From NCBI GenBank assembly GCA_052378035.1, contig JBQSXI010000001.1: a stretch of 40,000 nucleotides of DNA. The stretch is one strand, 5' to 3'. The first letter of the stretch is position 1; each line of letters opens with the position of its first letter. Origin of the DNA: Pseudoalteromonas sp. AOP31-A2-14. Lineage in GTDB: Bacteria; Pseudomonadota; Gammaproteobacteria; Enterobacterales; Alteromonadaceae. The position numbers were made by a program, and so were the translations under genes. This document shows positions 9,026 to 19,742 of the stretch, in pieces. The notes beneath the pieces are model-generated. The model did no database searches. It saw only the letters and a list, made by a program, of their open reading frames with translations, and had not been told where the DNA came from.

Positions 9026-10934
9026 TTAATACTGTCATACTTGTATTGGCCAAATAACTATACTTTAAGTAACTCTGTGCTTTTTCTAAAATAGCAAAGG
9101 CTTCTTTTAAGTTGCGCTGTTCAAATGGTGATAGTAAATGCGGGTCTAAATCATTGTCTGGTGCTTCACCCTGTTCTATTTGCCATGCTTGATGACGAAT
9201 ACGCATCATGGCAATGTATTCAAGCGCATCACGTAAGTCTTGTCCTTTGCCCTCAGGTAATAGTTTCGCTGCGATAATATCTTCAAGGCGTTCAAAAGAA
9301 TTTTGCTTTCTTGAACCCACCGCAAGAGCATGCACTCGAATAACATCCGATAACGGCGCAGTGCCTCGACGCTTTAAATTCATTGCACGTTTATGCTGGC
9401 CATTATGCTCAAGTACAAAACCTTTAAAAAAGCCAAGTGGAGGTGTCCTGTTACGCGCATTTGCAGCCATGTTAGCTAAAAACCGTTTGTTTTGTCGCCC
9501 CGTTCTTCCCACATAGCTTTTTAGTTCATCGGCCCATTTTAATTTACCCCACACACCATCTAAATCAAAGAAAATGGAGCTATGTAACAGCGATTGTGGT
9601 TTAGGCTCTTTAATCCAACTGGCAAACTGCTCGCGCCATTGATCTCGTGTCAGACGCCACTTTTTAAAAGACGCCATTATCTCCCCAGTACAATAGGTAT
9701 AACCACACAAAGCTAAACCGTCACAAACAAAATCGGATAGTTTTTGAAAGTAGCCATCATGGAGTTTTTCATCAAAGCTATTATCTAAAATCAAAGCGTT
9801 ATCTTGGTCAGTTACAATCAACTGCTCGTCTCGTGCCATTGAGCCAAGTGCAATAAAGCAATAAGGAACGGGTGGTGGGCCATATTTTTCTTCAGCTAAC
9901 TGCAGTAATTTTTGTTTAAAGGTACGGCCAATAACAGCCATTGCTGTACCAACCATGTGCGAGTTAGCATCTTCGTTAACCATACGAACAAATACATTGG
10001 GTACTTGGCGGGCATAATGAGTTAAGTCCTCAATCGATTGCTGAGCTAATATCCCACGTACTAATAGTAAGCTACTTTGTGACTCGTGACGTAAAATATC
10101 CGATAAAGAAATAACACCAATAGGTTTACGTTTATGGACAACAGGTAGATGGTGCAAATTTTCACGAAGCATCGCAAGAACCGCTTCAAACACATAGGCA
10201 TTAGCATCTAATAAAACTAAGTTTGTTGACATAATTTCATCAGCCCGAGTGTCATACGTCATGCCCTTGGCGATCACTTTACTACGTAAATCTCGGTCTG
10301 TAATGATACCCACAACTTGACCATCATCTTCTTCTGGGTCATCGCTTAGTTGTTTTTGTGCATCGGTAACTAAAACTGACGATACCGATTCTTGGGTCAT
10401 TAATTCAGCAACGTCTCTTATTGAAGCATCATTAGGGGCCGTTACTACCCCTCGATGCAGTAACGATTTAATTTTTGCGGTGGTTAAATCATTACTGTCG
10501 GCTTGCTCTAAAATTGCTTGATGCAAGCGCACATTACCATCAGATTCAAAATAATCTGCGAAAGCATCAAACTCACTACAATAATGCTCAAAAAGCTCTG
10601 CATTAATGCAATACACTAACGTGTCTTCAAGGGCTTTGGCGGGGAATCGTACTTTACGATTCATTAGTAGTCCCATTTGACCAAAAATTCCACCAATTGC
10701 TAAACGATTATATAATTCGCCATCACGGCGATACATTTCCACAGAGCCACTACGAATAATATATAAGTCGGCGATGTCTTCACCAAATTGCAAAATATCA
10801 GTACCGGCACGAAAATAACTTACCTCAATTTGTTGAGCGAGCTTGTTAAGCGCTTCAATAGGGAGTTTATCGAATGGCGGATGTACAGTTAAAAATTGTG
10901 CTACTTCAAATTGTTCGGTCTGCATAACAAGCAT
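9015..10934 (-). CDS. Cyclic-nucleotide-binding / tandem CBS / DUF294 nucleotidyltransferase signalling protein
   Basis: N-terminal cNMP-binding fold (FRAGTDILQFGEDIADLYIIRSGSVEM...GGIFGQMGL) and a CBS pair (VGIITDRDL, IGVISLSDIL). The NTase core is FIALGSMARDEQLIVTDQDNALI, followed by a DUF294_C-like tail. It overlaps the exonuclease gene by 11 bp. Confidence 0.8.
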   Translation of the reverse strand: MLVMQTEQFEVAQFLTVHPPFDKLPIEALNKLAQQIEVSYFRAGTDILQFGEDIADLYIIRSGSVEMYRRDGELYNRLAIGGIFGQMGLLMNRKVRFPAKALEDTLVYCINAELFEHYCSEFDAFADYFESDGNVRLHQAILEQADSNDLTTAKIKSLLHRGVVTAPNDASIRDVAELMTQESVSSVLVTDAQKQLSDDPEEDDGQVVGIITDRDLRSKVIAKGMTYDTRADEIMSTNLVLLDANAYVFEAVLAMLRENLHHLPVVHKRKPIGVISLSDILRHESQSSLLLVRGILAQQSIEDLTHYARQVPNVFVRMVNEDANSHMVGTAMAVIGRTFKQKLLQLAEEKYGPPPVPYCFIALGSMARDEQLIVTDQDNALILDNSFDEKLHDGYFQKLSDFVCDGLALCGYTYCTGEIMASFKKWRLTRDQWREQFASWIKEPKPQSLLHSSIFFDLDGVWGKLKWADELKSYVGRTGRQNKRFLANMAANARNRTPPLGFFKGFVLEHNGQHKRAMNLKRRGTAPLSDVIRVHALAVGSRKQNSFERLEDIIAAKLLPEGKGQDLRDALEYIAMMRIRHQAWQIEQGEAPDNDLDPHLLSPFEQRNLKEAFAILEKAQSYLKYSYLANTSMTVLNGK

Positions 10935-12639
10935 TCCTAATCGCGGTTTAGGCGTTAATTGTGTGCCTAATCGACTATTTTTTCAAAGAAAAATAGTCGA
11001 TTTCAGATTTTAGTTGTAGCTCAGGTCATTTTATCAAGTTCTTGGGCTAATTGTTTAGACTCATCACCTCTAGGCGAAGTGAAGCGTGCAAGCCCTAAAT
11101 AAATAACAGGAGTAAGGTAAAGCGTAAATAATACCGCAAGTGCAAGACCACCAAATACAACCCAACCGATGGCATTACGTGCCTCGGCTCCCGCCCCTGT
11201 TGATAATATAAGAGGTAGAGCACCCAATAGCGTAGATACTAAAGTCATGGTAATAGGTCTTAATCTAACTAAAGCGGCCTCTTCCACTGCTTTACGCACT
11301 GAGTTTCCTTGGTCACGAAGTTGATCAGCAAACTCGACCAATAAAATGGCATTTTTCGCAATTAATCCAATCAGCATGACTAAACCTATTTGCGAGTAAA
11401 TATTTAAGGATGTACCTGTCAGATAAAGAGCTAAAATTGCTGAGGTGATGCCAAATGGCACAGTAATCATGACAACTACAGCACTATTTATACTTTCAAA
11501 TTGTGCTGCAAGTACAAGTAAAACAATTAACAATGCTAAAATATAGGTTAGCAATATTTCATTACTGGTCTCTTCAAATGTAAGTGCTTCACCTTTAAAC
11601 ATTAAAGTAATACCATCGGGTAAAGAGGTATCAGATACGTCTCTAATGTGTGTTACTAGCTCTGCTAATGTTAAATCTTCCGGAAGCTCCATATCTACTT
11701 CAATAGAGCGACGCTGGGCGTGCCGTTCAAGTTCAGCGGCAACACCTTCCTCTGTTATTGTAGCGAGACTGCTTAATGGAACCAATCGACCATCAGCAGC
11801 ACCTATATATAGGTTTGCTAAGTCGCTGGGATCATTAATTGTCTGGTTTTGAGCTTGTAGCATGATGGGTATAGATTGGTCACCTATATTTAAATCAGCC
11901 ACATCCTCACCATTTATAGCAGCGCGCAAAGTAATAGCTATATCACTGAGCTCAACACCGAGATCTTCAGCTCTATGCCTGTCTATATTTACCCGTAGCT
12001 GTGGCTGGGAAGGTTGATAAGAAATACGTACCGGCGCAACGGCTGGAATTTTTTCTTCAAGAGCTGCAGAAAATTGTTGTGCTGCTTTAAATATTTGCAG
12101 GTAATCTTGACCTAATAAAGCGAGTTCAATTCCACCCCCTTGGCCACGTAAATTAAGACTATTAGAGCCAGATACTCGCCCTGGAGCTCCTGGAATAGCA
12201 CTAACTGGTTCACGTATTTTATCGATAATTTCTTGTTGGCTAAATTGTCGTTCGTCCCAATGCTTCAATGGCACTGTAATTAATACAATATTAGGATCAT
12301 ATTGACCAACAACAGTATACATAGATTCGATTTCACCACTTTCAAGGTATGGCATTAAAGTATCTTCTATTTGCAGTGCCTGCCTGTCCATAAAATTTAG
12401 GCCAACGCCATCAGGGCCTCGCGCAAAAATACGGATTTCACCGCGATCCTCTGAAGGTAATAATTCATTGTCTAAATTTAAATAAAGCGCACCAGAACCT
12501 GTTGCAACTAAAACACAAACAGCGAACGTAAGCCAAGCATGATCAAGAACCCAATGTATTGACTTTGTGTAAATACGCGCAAGTATATGGCCAAATTTAG
12601 CGAATGGGTGAAAACCACCTGGCTTCAATTTTAATTTTG

Positions 12640-13441
12640 GGTGGTGTGTCAGAAAGTATGCTGAAGAAATAAAGGAGGGTGACAGCCAAAGCAAGATGAT
12701 ATATTTGAGGTTATGAAGACACAAATAGATATCAGCTGCCCCGACTGTCACAGTCCCAGTTTAAAGAAAAACGGCATAAAAAGCTATGGCAAGCAGAACT
12801 ACCAATGCAAGGACTGCAAACGTCAATTCATTGGTGACCATGCCTTAACTTATAAGGGCTGTCACTCTAAAATAGAAGACATCATACGGCTAATGACGGT
12901 GAGAGGTTGCGGTGTTAGAGACATAGCTATTATAGCCTCAGTCAGTATCGGTAAAGTATTGGGCACCATAGGCTCATCTGTTTATAAGATCGCGCCTAAG
13001 AAGCGCTACTATGAACGCTTAGAGGTTGATGAGTTCTGGACTTACGTGTATCGCAAGAAGCGTAAAGTCTGGCTCATCTACGCTTATGACCGTGCTACTA
13101 ATGAGATTGTCGCTTATGTCTGGGGCAAACGTGACTTAAAAACAGCTAAGAAGCTAAGAGCACGTTTAAAGCAACTTAAAGTAAGCTATGGCTCTATCAG
13201 TATGGACAACTGGGATAGCTTTAAAACCGCCTTTAAAGGTGATCACAAACAGGTTGGCAAACAGCATACCATAGGTATAGAGGGTAATAACTGTCGCCTT
13301 AGACACCGATTAAGACGAGCGGTTAGAAAGACTTGTTGCTTCTCAAAAAAGCTTGATAATCATTTTAAAGTGTTTGATTTGGTGTTCTTTTACATCAATT
13401 ATGGCTACGTCTGATGCCAGCATACTTTTTAGAACACCACC
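12640..13441 (+). mobile_element. IS1-family insertion sequence (802 bp)
   Basis: Terminal inverted repeats are GGTGGTGTGTCAGAAAGTATGCTG (left) and CAGCATACTTTTTAGAACACCACC (right). It is flanked by the 8-bp direct repeat TAATTTTG (12632-12639 and 13442-13449). Confidence 0.85.
12713..13414 (+). CDS. IS1-family transposase, single fused ORF (Zn-finger, HTH and DDE)
   Basis: CPDCHSPSLKKNGIKSYGKQNYQCKDCKRQF is an InsA-like zinc finger. EVDEFWTYV...WLIYAYDRATNEIVAYVWGKR...TIGIEGNNCRLRHRLRRAVRKTCCFSK is InsB-like. Unlike E. coli IS1, no frameshift is needed. Confidence 0.85.
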   Translation: MKTQIDISCPDCHSPSLKKNGIKSYGKQNYQCKDCKRQFIGDHALTYKGCHSKIEDIIRLMTVRGCGVRDIAIIASVSIGKVLGTIGSSVYKIAPKKRYYERLEVDEFWTYVYRKKRKVWLIYAYDRATNEIVAYVWGKRDLKTAKKLRARLKQLKVSYGSISMDNWDSFKTAFKGDHKQVGKQHTIGIEGNNCRLRHRLRRAVRKTCCFSKKLDNHFKVFDLVFFYINYGYV

Positions 13442-13993
13442 TAATTTTGAAGTCAGTGCAGGTACTAATGATAAGGCAACAAAGCTTGAAATAATGACAG
13501 CGCCAGCAAGTACACCACCAAACTCTCTAAACAAACGCCCTACTGTTGATGGTAAAAAGGCAATCGGTACAAATACTGCAGCCAAAACAGCAGTAGTAGC
13601 TATTACAGCAAAAAACACTTCACGAGTGCCAATTACAGCGGCTGCCCTTCGGCCAAGCCCCAAACCACGCTGCCTTTGAATGTTTTCACTGACAACAATG
13701 GCATCGTCCACAATTAGGCCTGTAGCAAGAACTAGGGCGAGTAATGTTAAAATATTAATTGAAAAACCAAGTACCCATATTAACGCCAGCGATCCCACCA
13801 ATGCAACAGGAATTGCAAAAGCAGGAACAAGCGTTGCCCGCCAAGAACCGATAAATACCCATAGGGTAATGATCACCAAAAGTACTGTTAAAACTAACGA
13901 AGTGATCACTTCTTTAACTGAGCTTCGAATAAATAACGCATCGTCAGATGTAAGAGTAAACTGTAATTCAGGAAAACGTGTGCGCATTCCATC

Positions 13994-15076
13994 CTAAATT
14001 CGGATAATAAGTGCAATTTCTCAGATTAGATGGCCAGCTGTTATAATTCGGCCATTTTCTCGCCAAAGGAAATTGCTTTAATGAAATATAAACAGCTGAC
14101 ACAAGAAGAAAGATACCAGATTTACGCGTTAATAAAAGCAGGAAATAACCAAAAGCAGATAGCTGAAGAACTAACTCGTTCACCGTCATCTATTTCTAGA
14201 GAGCTAAAACGCAATAAAGGACTTAAAGGCTATCGGCCTAACCAAGCCAATAACTTTGCTGAACAAAGACGTAAGTCATCTTTCAAAGCAAGTAAGTTAA
14301 CAGAGGACGTCACTCACTGGATTAATAAATTGTTGCATGACGGACTTTCCCCTGAGCAAGTGGCAGGCCGCTTAGCTTTAGAGAAACAGGTCGTTTTACA
14401 TCATGAAACAATTTATCAATATATTTACAGAGACAAGGCTCGTGGTGGCAAGCTACATAAGACACTCACTCGTGCATGTAAAAAGTATAAAAAACGCTAT
14501 GGAAGCTATGATAAACGTGGACAGATAGTTAATCGAGTCAGCATTGATGAACGCCCAAGTATTGTGGATTCAAAGTCTAGGATTGGTGATTGGGAGGGCG
14601 ATACAGTGATAGGTAAAGGGCGTAAAAATGCGCTTGTCACAATGGTTGAACGTAAAACGTTATATACAGTCGTTCACAGAATTGAAAGCAAGCATGCGAA
14701 AATAACAGCCGATGCGCTGATCACGTGTATGACACCATATAAAGGTAAGGTTATTACCGTGACGTTAGATAATGGAAAAGAGTTTGCTCACCATGAGCAT
14801 GTTGCACAAAAATTAGAAGCTGATGTGTATTTCGCTCATCCCTATTCATCATGGGAGCGGGGCATAAATGAGAATACCAACGGCTTACTTAGACGCTTCT
14901 TCCCCAAGGGAACTGACTTTATGGCGCTAAGTGAAGCAGAGATACAGGCGGCAGTTGATAAGCTCAACCATCGGCCAAGAAAAACAAGAGGGTATAAAAC
15001 CCCTCATGAATTATTTACGGGGCAATCAGAAGTTCTGGTGGCTGCATAATGATTGCACTTAATACTTGAATTCAAG
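13994..15076 (+). mobile_element. IS30-family insertion sequence (1083 bp)
   Basis: Imperfect terminal inverted repeats share AATTC..TAAGTGCAAT (left CTAAATTCGGATAATAAGTGCAAT, right complement CTTGAATTCAAGTATTAAGTGCAAT). An apparent 4-bp direct repeat CATC flanks it (13990-13993 and 15077-15080). Boundaries are good to +/- 2 bp. Confidence 0.75.
14081..15049 (+). CDS. IS30-family transposase
   Basis: MKYKQLTQEERYQIYALIKAGNNQKQIAEELTRSPSSISRELKRN is the IS30 HTH. The DDE region includes IGDWEGDTVIG, LDNGKEF and SWERGINENTNGLLRRF. The listed ORF starts at 14030; the ATG at 14081 matches family N-termini better. Confidence 0.85.
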   Translation: MKYKQLTQEERYQIYALIKAGNNQKQIAEELTRSPSSISRELKRNKGLKGYRPNQANNFAEQRRKSSFKASKLTEDVTHWINKLLHDGLSPEQVAGRLALEKQVVLHHETIYQYIYRDKARGGKLHKTLTRACKKYKKRYGSYDKRGQIVNRVSIDERPSIVDSKSRIGDWEGDTVIGKGRKNALVTMVERKTLYTVVHRIESKHAKITADALITCMTPYKGKVITVTLDNGKEFAHHEHVAQKLEADVYFAHPYSSWERGINENTNGLLRRFFPKGTDFMALSEAEIQAAVDKLNHRPRKTRGYKTPHELFTGQSEVLVAA

Positions 15077-16001
15077 CATCTAATAAATTTAATACTTCAT
15101 CTGAAATCTCAATTGTATTAGATTGCGCTTGACGGATAATTTCCAACCCGATAACTGGAACACCATTTAAGCGAACCATTGAAAGCGGATCTGCAGGGCC
15201 AAAGTAAACAGCGGCAACATCACCAATACGAGTATCACCCTGTATTATAATATCAGCTATTTGTTCAGCATTAATTGAAGTTGCATCAGCACGTACAATA
15301 ATTTGCTGATCATTGGCTTTTAAGCTACCCGCAGGTACATCAAAGGGAGCTTCGAGAAGCACATCTGCTACGTCAGGCACGGTAAGGTTAAAACTGCTCA
15401 GTTTTAAAGGATCAATACGAACCCGCAAAACACGCTCTCTATCACCATTTAAGCGCACATCAGCCACGCCAGGAATGGTTAAAAATTGAGGCGCTAAATC
15501 TGTTTCAACACGTTCGGTTAGTGCCTCTAGAGATACTGTGTCACTTGAAACAGTTAAAGAGACAACAGCTTCAGCATCATCATCAGCCTTAATAATTGAA
15601 ACCTGCTCTACGTCGTCAGGTAGTTCACGCTCTATTCTAGCAACTGATTCTCGGGTTTCGTTAGCTGCATTATCGAGATTAACCCCCGGGCGAAACTCAA
15701 CCACAATACGTGAGTTACCTTCCTCACTTTGTGCGCGAATAGACTTAACGCCGCTTACACGAGCGACCGCGCCCTCTAATTTACTAGTAACTTCGGTATC
15801 TACTGTTTCGGGAGATCCTCCAGGAAATGCCGCACTAACCGTTATCTTAGGCATATCAACATCAGGAAGTTCACGCACCTCAACACCTGCAATTGCAGCA
15901 ATACCAGCAATTATGATCAACAAATTTAAAACCACAATCAGCACTGGACGGCGAATAGCCATTGAGGGCAAATCGTTCATTAGTGGGAGTTGTTTCATAA
16001 C

Positions 16002-17021
16002 TTACTCCTGAACGCTTGAACTGGTCGAGTTAAAAATTAGGTCCTGCTGAGAACGTAAAGTCTGTACACCTTCTACCACTAGTAAGTCATCAGTTTTTAA
16101 GTTACCGCTTACAAGCAGTCTTCCAGCTAAACGTTGAGCTATTTTCACATCAACACGCACTGCTTTTTTATCAATACTTTTCCATACATAAGGCCCCGTA
16201 GCTCCCCATAAAAGTGCAGCTTCAGGGATCACAGCAAAGTTATCCCCTTGGGACTGAATATGCACCCGAAAACTCATCCCTGGAATAAATTGTTGATTAT
16301 TATTGTTAACTTTTGCTTTCACTCTCAATGTACGAGTTTGTGAATCTATCCGAGAGTCTAAATAAGCAACTTTAGCAGCAACCTGTTGTTCTCCCTGCCA
16401 TGGAATAACCACAACTTCTCCCTCAGTTTTCAGTATATTTATTGCAGATTCGGGAGCATTAAAATTAATATAAAGTGAGCTAGTGTCATCGATTGTCGCA
16501 ATAGCGGTTTGCGGTGTTATCCGATCGCCTACTTCTACGTCGGTTAAACCCATAATACCACCAAATGGAGCAATTACGGTTCGATCCTCAAGTTCAGTTT
16601 CGGCTTGTGTTACAGCGACCTTTGCAAGCTCAAAAAGAGTTTTAGCATCATCTAAGTCACTTTGAGGCACGGCACCTTTAGCATGACTTTCAATTAATCG
16701 TTCAACCGTTCTTTGAGTATCATTAAAGGTTATTTTTGCTTCGCTAAGTGCTGTTTTTTGTCTACGTGAGTCAAGTTCTAACAGTATTTCACCTGCTTCA
16801 ACTTTATCTCCTGGTGCAAAATGCACGGCCGTTACTTTATCTCCAACAGCAGGGTAAAGCGTCACCGAACGTATTGCTTCAGCGTCCCCAACTGCTTGAA
16901 CTTTCTTTTCACTACGCTCCATCGTTATTGGTTTTACAATTACATTAGCTGCAATAGCTGTTCTTGCAAAAATTACACTAATAAAGATTAAAATACTGAA
17001 TGATAAAAGTTGTCGCTGCAA
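16002..17021 (-). CDS. RND efflux periplasmic adaptor (membrane fusion protein, HlyD/AcrA family)
   Basis: Signal/anchor sequence, a coiled-coil hairpin region and beta-barrel motifs (IAPFGGIMG, VKAKVNN...PGMSF). The stop lies 3 nt before the permease ATG. TTG start with a GGTGA RBS. Confidence 0.85.
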   Translation of the reverse strand: MQRQLLSFSILIFISVIFARTAIAANVIVKPITMERSEKKVQAVGDAEAIRSVTLYPAVGDKVTAVHFAPGDKVEAGEILLELDSRRQKTALSEAKITFNDTQRTVERLIESHAKGAVPQSDLDDAKTLFELAKVAVTQAETELEDRTVIAPFGGIMGLTDVEVGDRITPQTAIATIDDTSSLYINFNAPESAINILKTEGEVVVIPWQGEQQVAAKVAYLDSRIDSQTRTLRVKAKVNNNNQQFIPGMSFRVHIQSQGDNFAVIPEAALLWGATGPYVWKSIDKKAVRVDVKIAQRLAGRLLVSGNLKTDDLLVVEGVQTLRSQQDLIFNSTSSSVQE

Positions 17022-17154
17022 AAGTTCACCTAAATGATAACTATTTTATTTATGTACGTAGTGTAACAACAGTAAGTTCAATGAAAAGAAAAGTTCGATT
17101 AATTAACATAATGCTGAGGTAAGTATAAAAAGGTGGCTAGGGTGAATAGCTAGA

Positions 17155-17186
17155 TATAAAAAAAGCCCTACTAGGGCTTTTTTTAA
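17155..17186 (-). terminator. Rho-independent terminator downstream of trhO
   Basis: AAAAAAAGCCCTACTAGGGCTTTTTTT: a 7-bp stem AGCCCTA/TAGGGCT with a flanking T-run on the minus strand. Confidence 0.65.
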
Positions 17187-17207
17187 TTAGAACATACTGT
17201 ATTAAAG

Positions 17208-18215
17208 CTACTTTTGACGTTGAGCGTCTTTTTGTGCTTTTTTAGCATCTTTACGTTTTTGTAAAACAGCTTGAGCTTCATTACCGATGTGACCTTCGCC
17301 ACGGGCTTGTGCAAGTTCTATTTGTTTTTGTCGTTCAGCAAAGCGCGCTCTTTGTTCATCAGTAACATTATCTATACAATGATGACATGACACACCTTCC
17401 ATGTACTCAGGCTTTTGTTTTTCTTGCTCAGTGATAGGCATACGACACGCATGACATTGATCGTATGAACCCTTTTGTAAATCATGATCTACGGCAACGC
17501 GATTATCAAATACAAAACACTCACCTTCCCACATGGTTTCCTCTTTTGGCACTTCTTCTAAATATTTTAAAATACCACCTTCAAGGTGATATACATCATC
17601 AAAGCCCTTCTCTTTCATGTAGGCAGTTGATTTTTCGCAGCGAATACCGCCAGTACAAAACATGGCTACTTTTTTATGCTTTTTAGGATCTAAATTTTCT
17701 TTTGCCCACTGCGGAAATTCACGGAATGTAGTCGTATTTGGATCGACTGCATTTTGAAAAGTACCAATCTCAATTTCGTAGTCATTGCGTGTATCAATTA
17801 AGATAACCTCTGGATCTGAGATTAAAGCATTCCAATCTTTTGGTTTCACATAGCTACCGACAGCTTTTAGAGGGTCTATACCCTCAACACCCATTGTTAC
17901 AATTTCTTTTTTGAGTTTTACTTTAGTACGGTAAAATGGGCATTCGTCATCAAACGATTCTTTAGTCACTATATTATCAAGGCTTGGTTGTGTGCTAAGC
18001 CATGCGAGTAAATTGTCAATACCTTGGCGTTTAGCCGATACCGTTCCATTAATACCTTCAGCGGCAAGTAATAATGTACCACGTACCTCATTGGCTTCCA
18101 TTACCGCTAACAGCGGCTGACGTAATGCTTCAAACTCAGGTAAAGCAACAAATTTATAGAGCGCGCACACAACAAAGTGTTCACTGGTGACATTATCTTT
18201 ATGTACAGCAGACAT
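17208..18215 (-). CDS. trhO: Rhodanese-domain tRNA uridine(34) hydroxylase TrhO (YceA/UPF0176 family)
   Basis: N-terminal ALYKFV...[11 protein letters not shown], the rhodanese active-site loop [12 protein letters not shown], and a C-terminal Cys cluster CHACRMP...CHHC. Confidence 0.8.
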   Translation of the reverse strand: MSAVHKDNVTSEHFVVCALYKFVALPEFEALRQPLLAVMEANEVRGTLLLAAEGINGTVSAKRQGIDNLLAWLSTQPSLDNIVTKESFDDECPFYRTKVKLKKEIVTMGVEGIDPLKAVGSYVKPKDWNALISDPEVILIDTRNDYEIEIGTFQNAVDPNTTTFREFPQWAKENLDPKKHKKVAMFCTGGIRCEKSTAYMKEKGFDDVYHLEGGILKYLEEVPKEETMWEGECFVFDNRVAVDHDLQKGSYDQCHACRMPITEQEKQKPEYMEGVSCHHCIDNVTDEQRARFAERQKQIELAQARGEGHIGNEAQAVLQKRKDAKKAQKDAQRQK

Positions 18216-18411
18216 GGGGATTCCTATTTTGCTTTGAGAGCCAATATTGGCAACAACCGAATCGTAAATCCGGCGCAGGCGCGCATTTTACCCGATTTAC
18301 ATTTAATTGCAAAAACTAGCTAAGTTACTGCGTTTTTCCTGTCTCCTTGGTGTATATCTACGTTATAATAAACTGTATTTTATTTGATTTTGCTCATCGG
18401 AGAACAACACA

Positions 18412-19740
18412 TTGCATTTTACTGAACTTGGGATTGATACACGCCTTGAAAAGCAGCTTGCCCACCAAGGGATCACTCAGCCCACTGATATTCAAGCCCA
18501 TGCGGTGCCTACAGCACTTGCAGGCCATGACATTTTCGCTCAGTCTAAAACGGGGTCAGGTAAAACATTAGCGTTTTTATTACCTGCCGTGCAGCGTGTT
18601 ATGAAGCAAAGAGCACTCAGTAAACGTGATCCTCGGGCATTAATTGTCGCTCCCACTCGCGAGCTTGCAACCCAAGTATTTACCCAACTTAGATTGCTCA
18701 TTGCGGGTACTAATATAAAAGCAGTAAAAATACTCGGTGGCGAAAACTTTAATGACCAAGTTAAAGCACTACGTAATGATCCGCAATTTGTCATCGCCAC
18801 ACCAGGGCGTTTGGCTGATCATCTGACTCAACGTTCATTACAGTTAAGTGGCCTTGAGTTACTTATATTTGATGAAGCCGACCGCATTTTAGACTTAGGT
18901 TTTTCTGAACAAATAAAAATGATTAATGAGTTGGCCGACCATCGATTACGCCAAACGTTATTGTTTTCAGCAACACTTGATCATGCTCAAATTGATGCCC
19001 TATCACGTAATTTATTACGTAAACCAAAACAAATTACGCTAAGCGCCGCTAACGAGCAGCATTCAGATATTAAACAAAGCTTATATTTAGCAGATCACTT
19101 AGATCATAAAGAAGCCCTACTTAAGCATTTTGTCACGCAAGATGATGTGGGACAGTGTATTATCTTTACTGCTACGCGCTCTGATACTCAAAGATTAAGT
19201 GATTTATTAACTGCAAAAGGCATTAAAGCACAAGCACTCGCTGGCGATTTAACACAAAATAAACGTCTCGATATTATGGATGCGTTTAGTCGTGAAAACT
19301 TTAAAGTACTGATCACCACTGATGTAGCCTCTCGTGGCTTAGATTTATTAAGTGTAACTCATGTTATTAATTTTGACTTACCTAAACACGCCGAGGAATA
19401 TGTACACCGCATAGGTCGTACCGGCCGTGCTGGTTTTAAAGGAACTGCGATTTCGTTAGTCGGACCAAAAGATTGGCTGAGCTATAAAGCAATCAAAGCA
19501 TTTTTAAATGACGAACTAACTTTTCATACTATCGAAGGCCTTACCGGTAAATTTAAAGGCTTACGTGAGAAAAAGGTTACTCCAGAATCAGTTAAAACAG
19601 ATAAAAAAGCCGTTGTTTCAAAAAGTATAAAACCAAAGCGAAAAACCAGCCCCAAAAAACCAAAAGCGCCAATTAAAGCCCCTATTGATATAGACGCTAA
19701 TACGCCCATGCGTCGCAAAAAAAAGCCTGAGCAGGAATAA
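18412..19740 (+). CDS. DEAD-box ATP-dependent RNA helicase (SrmB/RhlE-like) with a basic C-terminal tail
   Basis: Q motif TDIQ, motif I SKTGSGKT, PTRELA, DEAD (FDEADR), SAT, and HRIGRTGRAG. TTG start preceded by GGAGA. Confidence 0.9.
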   Translation: MHFTELGIDTRLEKQLAHQGITQPTDIQAHAVPTALAGHDIFAQSKTGSGKTLAFLLPAVQRVMKQRALSKRDPRALIVAPTRELATQVFTQLRLLIAGTNIKAVKILGGENFNDQVKALRNDPQFVIATPGRLADHLTQRSLQLSGLELLIFDEADRILDLGFSEQIKMINELADHRLRQTLLFSATLDHAQIDALSRNLLRKPKQITLSAANEQHSDIKQSLYLADHLDHKEALLKHFVTQDDVGQCIIFTATRSDTQRLSDLLTAKGIKAQALAGDLTQNKRLDIMDAFSRENFKVLITTDVASRGLDLLSVTHVINFDLPKHAEEYVHRIGRTGRAGFKGTAISLVGPKDWLSYKAIKAFLNDELTFHTIEGLTGKFKGLREKKVTPESVKTDKKAVVSKSIKPKRKTSPKKPKAPIKAPIDIDANTPMRRKKKPEQE

Positions 19741-19742
19741 TT

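Larger units (their letters stand above)
11021..15998 (-). pseudogene. RND efflux permease (AcrB/HAE1-type) split into three fragments by two IS insertions
   Basis: N-terminal fragment 15078-15998, middle fragment 13442-13989, C-terminal fragment 11021-12631. Removing both IS elements and one copy of each target duplication gives ...NLLDGMRTRFPELQF... and ...LTSKLKLKPGGFHPF... in one frame of about 1026 codons. The ORF tails that read into the IS elements are chimeric. Confidence 0.9.

Noticed and set aside
12640-13441. ORF tails reading from RND fragments into the IS elements (for example 12640-12751 and 13343-13441, minus strand) and ORF 13968-14189
   Set aside because: These are chimeric read-through of pseudogene fragments into IS termini. 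The sequences do not match the RND family and end at the first stop in the IS.
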